Shown here piece after piece: positions 8,562 to 17,064 of a DNA stretch of 40,936 nt. The translations under genes were made by a program, and so were the position numbers. Source of the stretch: a virus (Duplodnaviria > Caudoviricetes); IMG/VR virus record IMGVR_UViG_3300043429_000523, positions 1-40,936 of that record. The stretch is one strand, 5' to 3'. The notes under the pieces were generated by a model. That model saw only the letters and a list, made by a program, of their open reading frames with translations, did not search any database and was not told where the DNA came from. The stretch's first letter is position 1; each line of letters starts with the position of its first letter.

Positions 8562-9064
8562 ACAGCCTCGTCCAACGTTCGGTTGATCCAGCCCAGCAAA
8601 AACTTCTGCTGGGTGCGGTCGCGCTTCACAATGTCCCGGTAGCGCGCCACCCGTGTCAAGGCGTACAAGGCCAAGAACAAACGCGGCTCCATGGAATTGA
8701 TCGCTGCCACCGTCTTCGGCCCCATCGTGCCGTCGGGCGTAGTGCCCACCACCAGCTGAGCCAGGCGCACGGCTGTCCCGAGTCCACCATTGGTGGCAAA
8801 GCTGTAAAGCGTGTAGGCCACATCCTGATCGGCAATCTCGTCCCCGCGCAGCGGCTGCCACCAGCCCTCACGGTAAAACTGCCGCACCATCTCAGACGGT
8901 GGTGTGTCGCCCCGGTCCACCCAGGCCCAACCAGGCCACTGCGGGTTCTTGTTGCGGGCAATTCCTGCATACGTCAGCCCGCCCGTATCGCCTGCCACGT
9001 TGTGCAGCTTGTAGCCGCCCTCGGCCAAGATCGCCTTTTCAAAGGCAAGCAGAAAGTCTGCCAT
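8558..9064 (-). CDS. Endolysin, glycoside hydrolase family 108 with C-terminal PG-binding domain
   Basis: EGGY...D-x-GG-x-T-x-x-GI motif; DG-x-MGPKT; KFLLGWINR. Confidence 0.9.
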   Translation of the reverse strand: MADFLLAFEKAILAEGGYKLHNVAGDTGGLTYAGIARNKNPQWPGWAWVDRGDTPPSEMVRQFYREGWWQPLRGDEIADQDVAYTLYSFATNGGLGTAVRLAQLVVGTTPDGTMGPKTVAAINSMEPRLFLALYALTRVARYRDIVKRDRTQQKFLLGWINRTLDEAV

Positions 9065-9104
9065 CACAACCTCCACCAAAGGTACGGCCAAAGCAAATAG
9101 ATCA

Positions 9105-9614
9105 TCATGGCAGCTGGCCCATCTCAACCCGCCCGTAAAGAGTCTCCTGCGTCCACAGCGCATGGCAGCGGTGTGAACCCACAATCTCAATCCACGCGAT
9201 CTTGTCCCGGTTGTCCAAAAACGCTTTGGGGATGTTCATGGTCCACGGCCCCCAGGTGGTGGATCCGGTCGGGATGTTCCCGCCGTCAATCTCGTTGGGT
9301 TTGATCTGGTAAATCAGCACCCGCGGAGCCAGTGGGATATTGGGCACAGCCATCACCGACGTGGACACCAGTTCGCACGCCCGGTCTTTGGTCATCGTGC
9401 CGCCCAGTATGTAGCGGTCGCCCTGCCGAATCACCGGGTTAATGTCCCACTTGGTGATCACGGGCATAAACCGCGTCTCGATCTGGTACAGACACCACAG
9501 CGTGATCAGCGCCCCCAGCGCCAGCGCACCACGCTCCAAGAACCACACCACCAGCTTGCCGCGCTTTGTTTCAATCAGCCAGAGGGCGAAATACTCCAGT
9601 GCAGCGCGGTTCAC
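9105..9614 (-). CDS. Membrane-anchored hypothetical protein in the lysis cassette
   Basis: GTG start overlapping the upstream stop; one N-terminal TM followed by a beta-rich domain with two Cys. Confidence 0.65.
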   Translation of the reverse strand: MNRAALEYFALWLIETKRGKLVVWFLERGALALGALITLWCLYQIETRFMPVITKWDINPVIRQGDRYILGGTMTKDRACELVSTSVMAVPNIPLAPRVLIYQIKPNEIDGGNIPTGSTTWGPWTMNIPKAFLDNRDKIAWIEIVGSHRCHALWTQETLYGRVEMGQLP

Positions 9615-9997
9615 TTGGTCAACTCCCGTTTGATCCATTCCAAAGCACCCATGCCCACCAGCATGAACAAGATTCCCAGCCCACCCTTCACCGTCCAGCC
9701 GATCAAGTCCTGCCGCAGCTTCTTCATGCTCTCAGCGCTCTCAATCAGGCCTTGGTGGTGCTCCTTGTGCTTGTGCAGCGGCCCTGGCGGGAACGCCCCG
9801 TCAATGTGGTCTGCGAATAGCTTGTGTATTTGCCCGAACTTCACGTCCATGTGCTGCATGAGTTTGGAAGTCGTATCCGCCGCCGATTCCTCGATCATCA
9901 ATGAAACCCGGTCCATTGAAACGGATCGTCGGTCCGGCCCTGAAAAGCTGTTGAACCGGCTTTCTTCAAACTCGTGGGTGTGGCGCAAATCTTCCAT
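9611..9997 (-). CDS. Hypothetical protein with C-terminal TM (holin/antiholin-like position)
   Basis: GLGILFMLVGMGALEWI TM; first gene after a late motif. Confidence 0.7.
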   Translation of the reverse strand: MEDLRHTHEFEESRFNSFSGPDRRSVSMDRVSLMIEESAADTTSKLMQHMDVKFGQIHKLFADHIDGAFPPGPLHKHKEHHQGLIESAESMKKLRQDLIGWTVKGGLGILFMLVGMGALEWIKRELTK

Positions 9998-10004
9998 GCG
10001 CTCT

Positions 10005-10025
10005 ATTGTCTAAAGTGGTAAAGTG
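10005..10025 (-). promoter_or_regulatory. Late promoter-like motif, lysis cassette
   Basis: CACTTTACCACTTTAGACAAT, 7 nt upstream of ATG 9997. Confidence 0.7.
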
Positions 10026-10063
10026 ACCGCCACAAATCAACCACACACCCTATAATTTGATGC

Positions 10064-10156
10064 ATGGAATACTCTGATTTCCTTATCTGGAAAGTGGTTG
10101 TGATTGGTGTTGCAGCCTTCTTTTATGGCATTTGGCTGGGCATCACTGGGCGATAA
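10064..10156 (+). CDS. 30-aa single-TM peptide MEYSDFLIWKVVVIGVAAFFYGIWLGITGR; candidate superinfection exclusion factor
   Basis: Translated by hand; perfect TATAAT at 10051-10056, 7 nt before the ATG; convergent with the last ejection gene. Confidence 0.65.
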   Translation: MEYSDFLIWKVVVIGVAAFFYGIWLGITGR

Positions 10157-11768
10157 GCGCCGGGAGTGCCTTTTGGGTTGCCTCATACCCAAAATCAAGC
10201 AAGCCACGCGGCATGGCCATATTTGGGTTGGCAACGGCCCGCGCCAAAGCCGGTGAACCCAAAGCCTTGTTAAGCCCCATTCCCAGCGGGATAACCGGCG
10301 CAGCCAGCATCGGATTGGAAAACATGCCAAGGCCCAACGCGCTGCCAATCGCACTGTTCTGAATCAAAGCCCTTGCAGAGCCTCCCGTTTGCGGTACGCG
10401 GTCAACAATGAACTTTGAGCCGATCTTTGACAAATCAGCCAATGGCGAATTGGCCACATTGTTTTTGTAGCTGCCAAACACCGCACCCGGTAACAGCGAA
10501 GCAGGCACATCACCAGCTTCACGGCCCGCAATGCCCGCCTCGCCCTTGGCAAGCAAAGGCTCAACCGTCTTGAAAGCCTTGTATTTCTTTTGCGTCAACG
10601 ACAAGGCCGCAGCATCATCAGCACTCACCGAACGATTGAACGCGCCCAGAATGTCCGAACGCAACCGGCTCAAATCCTCTTTCAAAAAGCCCTGTGCGCT
10701 TTCTGCCGTTTTGCGTATGGTGGACTGATAGCGGTTTGCAACATCGCCGGGAATGACGATAGAGCCGTTTGCATCCTGTGCAATCTGATTTTCAAAATCA
10801 TCAATCATTGACAATACGCGGGTTCTGTCGCTTTTTGGCAACATTGACGCACTTTTTCTCGTCTTGTTCAATGAGTCTAGTAAATTATTGTCAACCACCA
10901 GATTGTTGTTCGACCAAATCCGGTCAAACTCGCTGCCCATTTTCTTCTTGGCAGCGTCCATCACTTCAGGCGTCAGCTTGTCATCTGCGGCATCAAACAC
11001 TTCACCCACCGCCCGATTGAACCACTTTTGTTTGGCTTCGTTTTGCGCTGCGCCAATCGAGCCGGTCAAAGGTGCGTCATTCAAAACTGAACGGACTGCT
11101 TTGGTGAACTTGCCCTCGGCAATATCAGCAACACCCAGCGGAGCGCCCATATCCAGAGCTTTTTGAACCAGTGGCGAAGCCTCACGCGACGGCGCAAACT
11201 GCGTACCAATGCCTCGCCCCAGCGCTCCCAAGCCCTTTGCAACACCCGGCAAAGCCGCGCTTACCCCAGCACTCATGAGCGCATCGTCAGGGTTGATCAA
11301 AGCGCCCGAAGCGCCGCCCGTGATAGCACCGCCAGCCATCCGGGTTGCCATGTTCGCACCCGGCGCACTCATGCCGCCAGAAGCCACAGCAGCGGCCAGC
11401 TTGGGCGCAAACGTCAACCCCTTGGCAAGTGCCCCGCCTACGCCCGCGGTGCCAGCCACCTCAGCGCCCAGCTTGCCACCTTGGTAAGCCAGTGATTCGG
11501 CATCAACCCCAAAGCCTCGCAAAGCTTCATCCATGAGCTTACGACGGTCAACGCCGATCAGCGGTACCCCGCCTATCTCTACGGGTTTACCCTGATTCAA
11601 TGCGCGAGCCGCTGCGTCAATCGGTGAAAGCAAGGTCGCACCGATGGATCCCGCCCCACGAAGCAAGCCGCCCGCAATGTTCTGCGCCGTGCTGCCTTTG
11701 GGTTTGACCGGTTCGTCAACAAACTCGTACCGGCCTTGGGGCGCTTCGTCCACAAACTCGTAAGGCAT
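10143..11768 (-). CDS. Putative DNA ejection / internal virion protein
   Basis: Gly/Ala-rich hydrophobic helices plus a helical domain; last tail-operon gene, the P22 gp16-like position. Confidence 0.65.
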   Translation of the reverse strand: MPYEFVDEAPQGRYEFVDEPVKPKGSTAQNIAGGLLRGAGSIGATLLSPIDAAARALNQGKPVEIGGVPLIGVDRRKLMDEALRGFGVDAESLAYQGGKLGAEVAGTAGVGGALAKGLTFAPKLAAAVASGGMSAPGANMATRMAGGAITGGASGALINPDDALMSAGVSAALPGVAKGLGALGRGIGTQFAPSREASPLVQKALDMGAPLGVADIAEGKFTKAVRSVLNDAPLTGSIGAAQNEAKQKWFNRAVGEVFDAADDKLTPEVMDAAKKKMGSEFDRIWSNNNLVVDNNLLDSLNKTRKSASMLPKSDRTRVLSMIDDFENQIAQDANGSIVIPGDVANRYQSTIRKTAESAQGFLKEDLSRLRSDILGAFNRSVSADDAAALSLTQKKYKAFKTVEPLLAKGEAGIAGREAGDVPASLLPGAVFGSYKNNVANSPLADLSKIGSKFIVDRVPQTGGSARALIQNSAIGSALGLGMFSNPMLAAPVIPLGMGLNKALGSPALARAVANPNMAMPRGLLDFGYEATQKALPALIAQ

Positions 11769-13033
11769 TATTGCTCCCTCCAGGTCATGCCGTCAGAGCG
11801 CAAAACACGCCCAGTTTCGGTGTCGCGTATGGTGCGGCCTTTGTGCTGTGCTGCTGGTGGCAGGTTGGGCATTGGTGCCAAGTCTGTTTTAACCGGCCCA
11901 GCGTAACGCCTTTGTATTTTCTCAATCTGGTCAAGCGCTGCAAGTTTTCGTTCTTTGGGTATTGATGGGTCTCCAATAACACCGGCCATCTGCTTATAAA
12001 GCGCAACGTCTTTGTCAGACTGGGGGCCGCTCATTTTTGGCATCTTGGCAACCAAAGCGCCTTCCAGTGCCTGCAACTCACCAGTTGCAACGTCACCCTC
12101 AGTAGATGAACCAAAAAACCTACCAGCAACATCTACCATTGATCCAAGACCGCTGCCCGTGGCTTTTGGTATAACTTGCCTGGCTTGGTTGATAAGGTTT
12201 AGCGCTTCGTTCGCATCTTTTTGCGCAACTGGTGTCATTGCGCTTACAGCCTCACCAGGCCTCATGCCAGTTGGCGGCATCACCCACATGCCATCCTTAA
12301 ATTGTGGCTTTCCAGTTTCTGCCCCGCCCGCCTTGTCAAAAATCAGCCGTTCCCGCGCCAGCGCATTCGTAGCCCACCCACGCGCCGCAGCGTCTCGTTC
12401 GGCAGGCGACATACCCACACCCAGCGAAACGCCCGCAGAGGGTTTGACAAACGTCTGTCGATCGCCTTGGTTCACCAGTTGAGGGGCAACGTAGCCGGAA
12501 ACACCTTCACCTTGCCTGCCGCCCCACTTGTTGAAGCCTTGAATAATCTTTTGACCGTTCGGGCCTTCAACCTCGGCCGTGCGCGCAACTTCATCACGGC
12601 CCAGGTTCTGAGCCTCAAACAGGGCTTTGACGCGCTCGTAGGGCACACCCTGCGCCAGCAACGCATTGGCATCCAGCTTTGGTGCTTGCCCGATCAACTC
12701 GGCTTTGGCCTGTGTGGGGCCACCTGCATCCTGCCCAATCGCCCGCGCACCAGAAACCGGCATCAATGAGCCTCGCACCACGTTTTCAATGCGCAGTGCT
12801 TCGGCCTGCTTTGCTGCGAGTTGTGCTTGTTCCGCCTCGCGCTCTTGCTTGCGCCGGGTCATTTCTTCGTCAATCATGGCCTGCCGTTTGGCAGCCGTCA
12901 TGGTGCCTTGATAGCCTTCAAGCCCACGCCCCAGCGCCTGGCCAAAGTTGCCACCACCCAGCAAGCCCGCCGCGAGTTGCAGCGTGGCCTGTGTGCGCGG
13001 GTCTTCCCAAGAATCGCCCAAGAGTCCAGCCAT
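11768..13033 (-). CDS. Putative DNA ejection / internal virion protein
   Basis: Start MAGLLGDSW at 13033; coiled-coil segments; synteny. Confidence 0.6.
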   Translation of the reverse strand: MAGLLGDSWEDPRTQATLQLAAGLLGGGNFGQALGRGLEGYQGTMTAAKRQAMIDEEMTRRKQEREAEQAQLAAKQAEALRIENVVRGSLMPVSGARAIGQDAGGPTQAKAELIGQAPKLDANALLAQGVPYERVKALFEAQNLGRDEVARTAEVEGPNGQKIIQGFNKWGGRQGEGVSGYVAPQLVNQGDRQTFVKPSAGVSLGVGMSPAERDAAARGWATNALARERLIFDKAGGAETGKPQFKDGMWVMPPTGMRPGEAVSAMTPVAQKDANEALNLINQARQVIPKATGSGLGSMVDVAGRFFGSSTEGDVATGELQALEGALVAKMPKMSGPQSDKDVALYKQMAGVIGDPSIPKERKLAALDQIEKIQRRYAGPVKTDLAPMPNLPPAAQHKGRTIRDTETGRVLRSDGMTWREQ

Positions 13034-13034
13034 A

Positions 13035-13691
13035 TCAGTCCCCCATGCCAGAGTTGCCGCTACCGTAGCCGGGGTAGCTGTAATAGCCGCCGCCGGTGGT
13101 GTAGCCGTCGTAGTTGCCGCCGCCTGCATATGGCCCCCAGGCCAGCAAGCTTGCAGCATTTTGTGTGCCGTTTGAGTTGTACGGGTTCACCGCCCCAGGG
13201 CTTCCACCGCTGGAAAGCCCCAGATTGTCGGGGGGCTGTGCTGCCGCCTTGGGTTTCTCGGTCAGCTTGGGGGCCGACTTGGTGTAGTCCGGGAGCTTGG
13301 CATCGGTCAGGCCTTTGTACCCAAACCCACCTGCCGCGGGCTGGGTCACGCCACCGCCTGTAAACGGGTTCGCCGCCACACCGCTGCCCAAAAGCCCAAG
13401 GCCCATGCTGCGCAGTTGGTTCATGCCCTGGCTGTATTCCGGCGACATGAGGTACTGCCGCTGCATTTCCATGCCTTGGCGTTGCAGGTCGTTCAACCCG
13501 CCTTGTGATGCTTGTTCTTGGGCCAGTTGGTACATGGCCCCCAATAGGCCGGATTCACCGTCCGGCCCGTAAACGTAACGCTCAAGGCGGGGGTCAAGCT
13601 TTTGTTCGCTCGTAGCGGCTTTGTCGCCACTGCCCGAACCCAACAGGCCACCGGCCAAACTCAATCCAATGCTCAAAGGGTCAAAAGCCAT
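13035..13691 (-). CDS. Putative ejection (pilot-like) protein
   Basis: MAFDPLSIGLSLAGGLLGSG Gly-rich N-terminus; AAGGAG RBS. Confidence 0.6.
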   Translation of the reverse strand: MAFDPLSIGLSLAGGLLGSGSGDKAATSEQKLDPRLERYVYGPDGESGLLGAMYQLAQEQASQGGLNDLQRQGMEMQRQYLMSPEYSQGMNQLRSMGLGLLGSGVAANPFTGGGVTQPAAGGFGYKGLTDAKLPDYTKSAPKLTEKPKAAAQPPDNLGLSSGGSPGAVNPYNSNGTQNAASLLAWGPYAGGGNYDGYTTGGGYYSYPGYGSGNSGMGD

Positions 13692-13692
13692 A

Positions 13693-14760
13693 TCAAGCTC
13701 CTTGTGTGGCCGGTTGTTTGTTAAAAATGTTGTACATCTGCGAAGCACCCACGGCCCCGCCCAAGAATCCCGCCGCACCGCTGCCGCCTTGTGTGGACGT
13801 GGTGGAGCCGGTTCCGGTGTAGGGCTGTGCGCCCTGGTTGAAGTTGTTGTAGGCCTGCCAAGGAGCCTGCTGAGCGGTCAACCCAAGGTTGTAGGTGCCC
13901 TGCCCTTGGTTCAAAAAGCCGGTGTTACCCTGCTGAAACAGGTTGGCCCCCACTTGCATTTGGTTCAGGTCGGTGTTGCGGTTGCCCAGTTGCAAATTGC
14001 CCATGCCCAGGTTGTACCCTTGGTCCATACCGTACTTCTGCAACTGCCGCCCCATGGCGTTGTTGTAGTCGCCGTAGTACATCCCGGTCAGAGCGTTGGC
14101 CGCTTGCTTGTTGGCATCGTTGAGCGCATTGGCCTCCACCACGCCCTGCCGCGATCCCCCAAAGCCTCCCACCAGCTGCGCACCGCTGGCAATTTGCGGC
14201 ATGATGTTGCGGGTCAGGTTGCTGGTAATGTCGCCCGTGATGGCCTTTGACATATCGGCCAGGTACGGGTTTTTCTGGTCGTACTTGAACGGGTCGCCAA
14301 ACTTGGTGGCCGTCGGATTGAAGCCGGTGAATTCAGGCAGCGCCGGTGTACTGGTGATGGTCGGTGCCTTGCCCCGGCCAAAAGCCGCGAAGGGGTCGGT
14401 GTTGGCGTTGAGCTTGTCGCCAAAGTCGCCCATGGTTCCAAACCGTTCAGACAATGGAGCCGACTTGCTGCCCGCTTGGTCCCAGTAATTCCACTTCTCG
14501 GAATCACCGAACTTTGGAGTCAGCACATCGTTGTACTGCGCCATTTGCTCGGCCATGCGCTTGGTGTCCCATGCGTCGGTCGCAGCTGAAATGCCGGTGG
14601 TGTCGCCCTGCACTTCGTCCACCGCCGATTGGTAGAAGGCCTTTTTCAGGTCTTCATCTGACATACCGCCACCGGCCAGCCCTTGCCAGTAAGCCAAGCC
14701 GCCCGCATCGGGTGCCCGCCCGAGCGTGTTTTGATACAGAGAATTGAAATCAAGCGCCAT
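13693..14760 (-). CDS. Putative ejection protein with N-terminal DUF4214-like motif
   Basis: LYQNTLGRAPDAGGLAYW N-terminus; GGFGGSRQGV and Gln/Asn/Gly-rich C-terminal half. Confidence 0.65.
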   Translation of the reverse strand: MALDFNSLYQNTLGRAPDAGGLAYWQGLAGGGMSDEDLKKAFYQSAVDEVQGDTTGISAATDAWDTKRMAEQMAQYNDVLTPKFGDSEKWNYWDQAGSKSAPLSERFGTMGDFGDKLNANTDPFAAFGRGKAPTITSTPALPEFTGFNPTATKFGDPFKYDQKNPYLADMSKAITGDITSNLTRNIMPQIASGAQLVGGFGGSRQGVVEANALNDANKQAANALTGMYYGDYNNAMGRQLQKYGMDQGYNLGMGNLQLGNRNTDLNQMQVGANLFQQGNTGFLNQGQGTYNLGLTAQQAPWQAYNNFNQGAQPYTGTGSTTSTQGGSGAAGFLGGAVGASQMYNIFNKQPATQGA

Positions 14761-14763
14761 GTT

Positions 14764-15009
14764 TTACCCCAAAAATCGCCAGGCTCCCGCCCGATAACCG
14801 TAGTACCCTGCCCCGCTGCCGGGGTTCCAGCTGGTGCCATCGGCCAGCACAACCATCCCGTCACGCGGTTTGGCAGGAATCGAATAACTCATTTCCAGCA
14901 AGTAAAAGGCTTTGGCCTCGTTCATCGCTTGTGAAATGCGTTGCAGTTCGTTGACCAAAAACCCTGAAATGCCATCGGCTGAACTGGGGGGCAATGCGGG
15001 TGCGTACAT
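14764..15009 (-). CDS. Small putative virion protein
   Basis: ELQRIS...PRDGMVVLADGTSWNPGSGAG; TGATG overlap with the upstream gene. Confidence 0.65.
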   Translation of the reverse strand: MYAPALPPSSADGISGFLVNELQRISQAMNEAKAFYLLEMSYSIPAKPRDGMVVLADGTSWNPGSGAGYYGYRAGAWRFLG

Positions 15010-16535
15010 CAATAAACCCCTGCCGGCACAACGTCCAAATCAAGCGAGCGCAATCGAATCAATCCGCTAGACGTGATGCGCATGGCCAAGTAACGCCCGG
15101 TCACAAACACATCGGATTTGTGGCTTTGCCCCACCGTGAAGGTGGCCGGAGTGCCCCAGGTAGGCTCTTGGTCGGGTGTCATGGATGCGCCAATCTCTAT
15201 GGTTACTGTGTCGCCGTTGGAGCCGTCTATCCGTGGATAAACGCCCCGAACATGCTTTACAGAAAGATTGTCGTCAAAGGTAAAGCCGCGCCTTTCAAGC
15301 ACGCCTGACACGGTTGCGCCATCGTCGGTAATGCCCACATCGAAGGCCAGAATCTTGGCGCTGGAACACAACAGCAGCCGGGCCTCGTTGGGCGCGTATT
15401 CGTTTTCCGTCCATGTTGAGATATCGCTGGCCCAGGTTTCAGCGTCAGCCGCCCAGGTGTCAGATGTTGAGGTGGTCAGCAAGCCCGTGGCCCCGTAGGT
15501 CACATCGGGTAGGTCACGCATGCCCCAGGCTTTCGTGTCCCAGTTCCACACCGCCGCCTTGGTGCAGTAGGTCGAACCCGCTGCCGGGTAGCAAATCAGC
15601 ACCTCGGAGCGCTGCGGGTTGGTGGTCACAAACGCCCGCTTGTAGTTCGTGGAATCGATGTTGCTGAAAATCGCCCGCCTCACCGAACCATCGGCAATCG
15701 ACGCTACCCCGTTGCCGGTGTTGAGCACCACATCGCCCGAAGTCAGCACCACATGGCCCAAAGGCGTAACCGCACCGCAACCCTTGGCCAGCATGCCGGA
15801 GTCACCCGGTAGCCGGTTGAATTGGAAAATGTAAGGATAGCCAATGAAGCGCATGGCGAACATCGAGCGCTCTTTGTAGATCACCAGCGCATCACCCAAG
15901 GGCAAAGCGTCAACGATCAAATCAGGCGTTTCGGCAATGTCTTGCTCGCTCGCGTCTTTGGTCACATCGGTTTCGTCCCACGAGGTTGGGAGCGAGCCGG
16001 GCACCGCCGAATGGCTCCACTTGACCATGTGCGGGTAGCGGGTCGAGGTCTTGGTGATGTCCAGCGCCACCAAGTAATTTTTGAACGCATGGATGGACGC
16101 GCAACGCTCGTTCGCATCCCAGCCGGTCAGCGCCGCCAGGTCGGTGCCGGTGTCGCCGTTCCAGTAGTAGGGCGCGTTTACGCCGTTGGTCATCACCAGC
16201 AAGCCGCCCAGCTTGGCCGCGCTCCAACGGTCATCCGTGGTGCCGGTGGGGGCTGAGGTGGGGGTGATCTCGGTGCGGGTGGTGCCATCGTCGGCAAACA
16301 CCGCATTGGTGCCTGCGTGCACCCAGTACCGCTTGGTTGGGGTTTGGTAAGCCGTGATGAACTGCGGGGTCGTGGTAGGTGTTGCGAACAAAGCCGCCAT
16401 GCCGCGAAACCGCTGCGCATAGCCGTTCAAGAAGCGCATGTTCTGCACATGTGACCAAAGGCCATCCGGCAATTCTTCGGGGCTTAGGTCGTAGTTGGCC
16501 CCCTTGCCTACGTCCCGAATCTTCATGATGCTCAT
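15009..16535 (-). CDS. Podovirus tail hub / DNA stabilisation (nozzle-like) protein
   Basis: 508 aa, beta-propeller-like repeats; lies between the fibre and ejection genes. Confidence 0.7.
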   Translation of the reverse strand: MSIMKIRDVGKGANYDLSPEELPDGLWSHVQNMRFLNGYAQRFRGMAALFATPTTTPQFITAYQTPTKRYWVHAGTNAVFADDGTTRTEITPTSAPTGTTDDRWSAAKLGGLLVMTNGVNAPYYWNGDTGTDLAALTGWDANERCASIHAFKNYLVALDITKTSTRYPHMVKWSHSAVPGSLPTSWDETDVTKDASEQDIAETPDLIVDALPLGDALVIYKERSMFAMRFIGYPYIFQFNRLPGDSGMLAKGCGAVTPLGHVVLTSGDVVLNTGNGVASIADGSVRRAIFSNIDSTNYKRAFVTTNPQRSEVLICYPAAGSTYCTKAAVWNWDTKAWGMRDLPDVTYGATGLLTTSTSDTWAADAETWASDISTWTENEYAPNEARLLLCSSAKILAFDVGITDDGATVSGVLERRGFTFDDNLSVKHVRGVYPRIDGSNGDTVTIEIGASMTPDQEPTWGTPATFTVGQSHKSDVFVTGRYLAMRITSSGLIRLRSLDLDVVPAGVY

Positions 16536-16780
16536 TGGTAGTCCTTCGGGAGTTGCCGTTTCTTCAGTTCGGCAACGTAGGAGTGCAAGCAGTGCCCTTT
16601 GCCAAACGGCAGGAAAATGAAGTCAATCACCGGGCGAAAGAACCGCCCCAGAATCCGGCCCTTCACCTCGCTCCGGTAGGCCCGAGCGCTCAGGGTTTCG
16701 TCGGGCGCGCCACCTGTCAGCGTGTTGCCCAACTGGTCAGCCGCTATCAGGTTGTTGAAGATGTACCGGCCCAGGTTCAT
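16532..16780 (-). CDS. Conserved small phage protein found beside tail fibre genes
   Basis: DQLGNTLTGG-x-PDETLSARA...HC signature. Confidence 0.75.
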   Translation of the reverse strand: MNLGRYIFNNLIAADQLGNTLTGGAPDETLSARAYRSEVKGRILGRFFRPVIDFIFLPFGKGHCLHSYVAELKKRQLPKDYQ

Positions 16781-17064
16781 TCAATCACCCAAATGGCAGC
16801 TTGAGCCGCACCCGCCAAGGCCAGCGCCTCGGACAGTTCTGCAACGGTGGCCTGTATCGCCGTGTTGTTGTGCAGCACCCAAGTGACCGAAGGCGTGCCG
16901 GTGGCTTGCAGGGCAATGATCGCTCGCGCCATGCGGGTCTGTGATGTTTCGTCACCGTCAAACGTGTTACCCGCTTGGGTGGTGACTGTGATGGCTTCCA
17001 CCGCGGCAGCTCTGGCCGCTTTGGCCGCTTCTCGTGGCTCGATGTATCCAATGGGGTAGATCAT
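16777..17064 (-). CDS. DUF4376-like tail-fibre accessory protein
   Basis: ITV..GNTFDGDETSQTRMARAI...WVL-x-NN; ATG at 17064. Confidence 0.7.
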   Translation of the reverse strand: MIYPIGYIEPREAAKAARAAAVEAITVTTQAGNTFDGDETSQTRMARAIIALQATGTPSVTWVLHNNTAIQATVAELSEALALAGAAQAAIWVIE

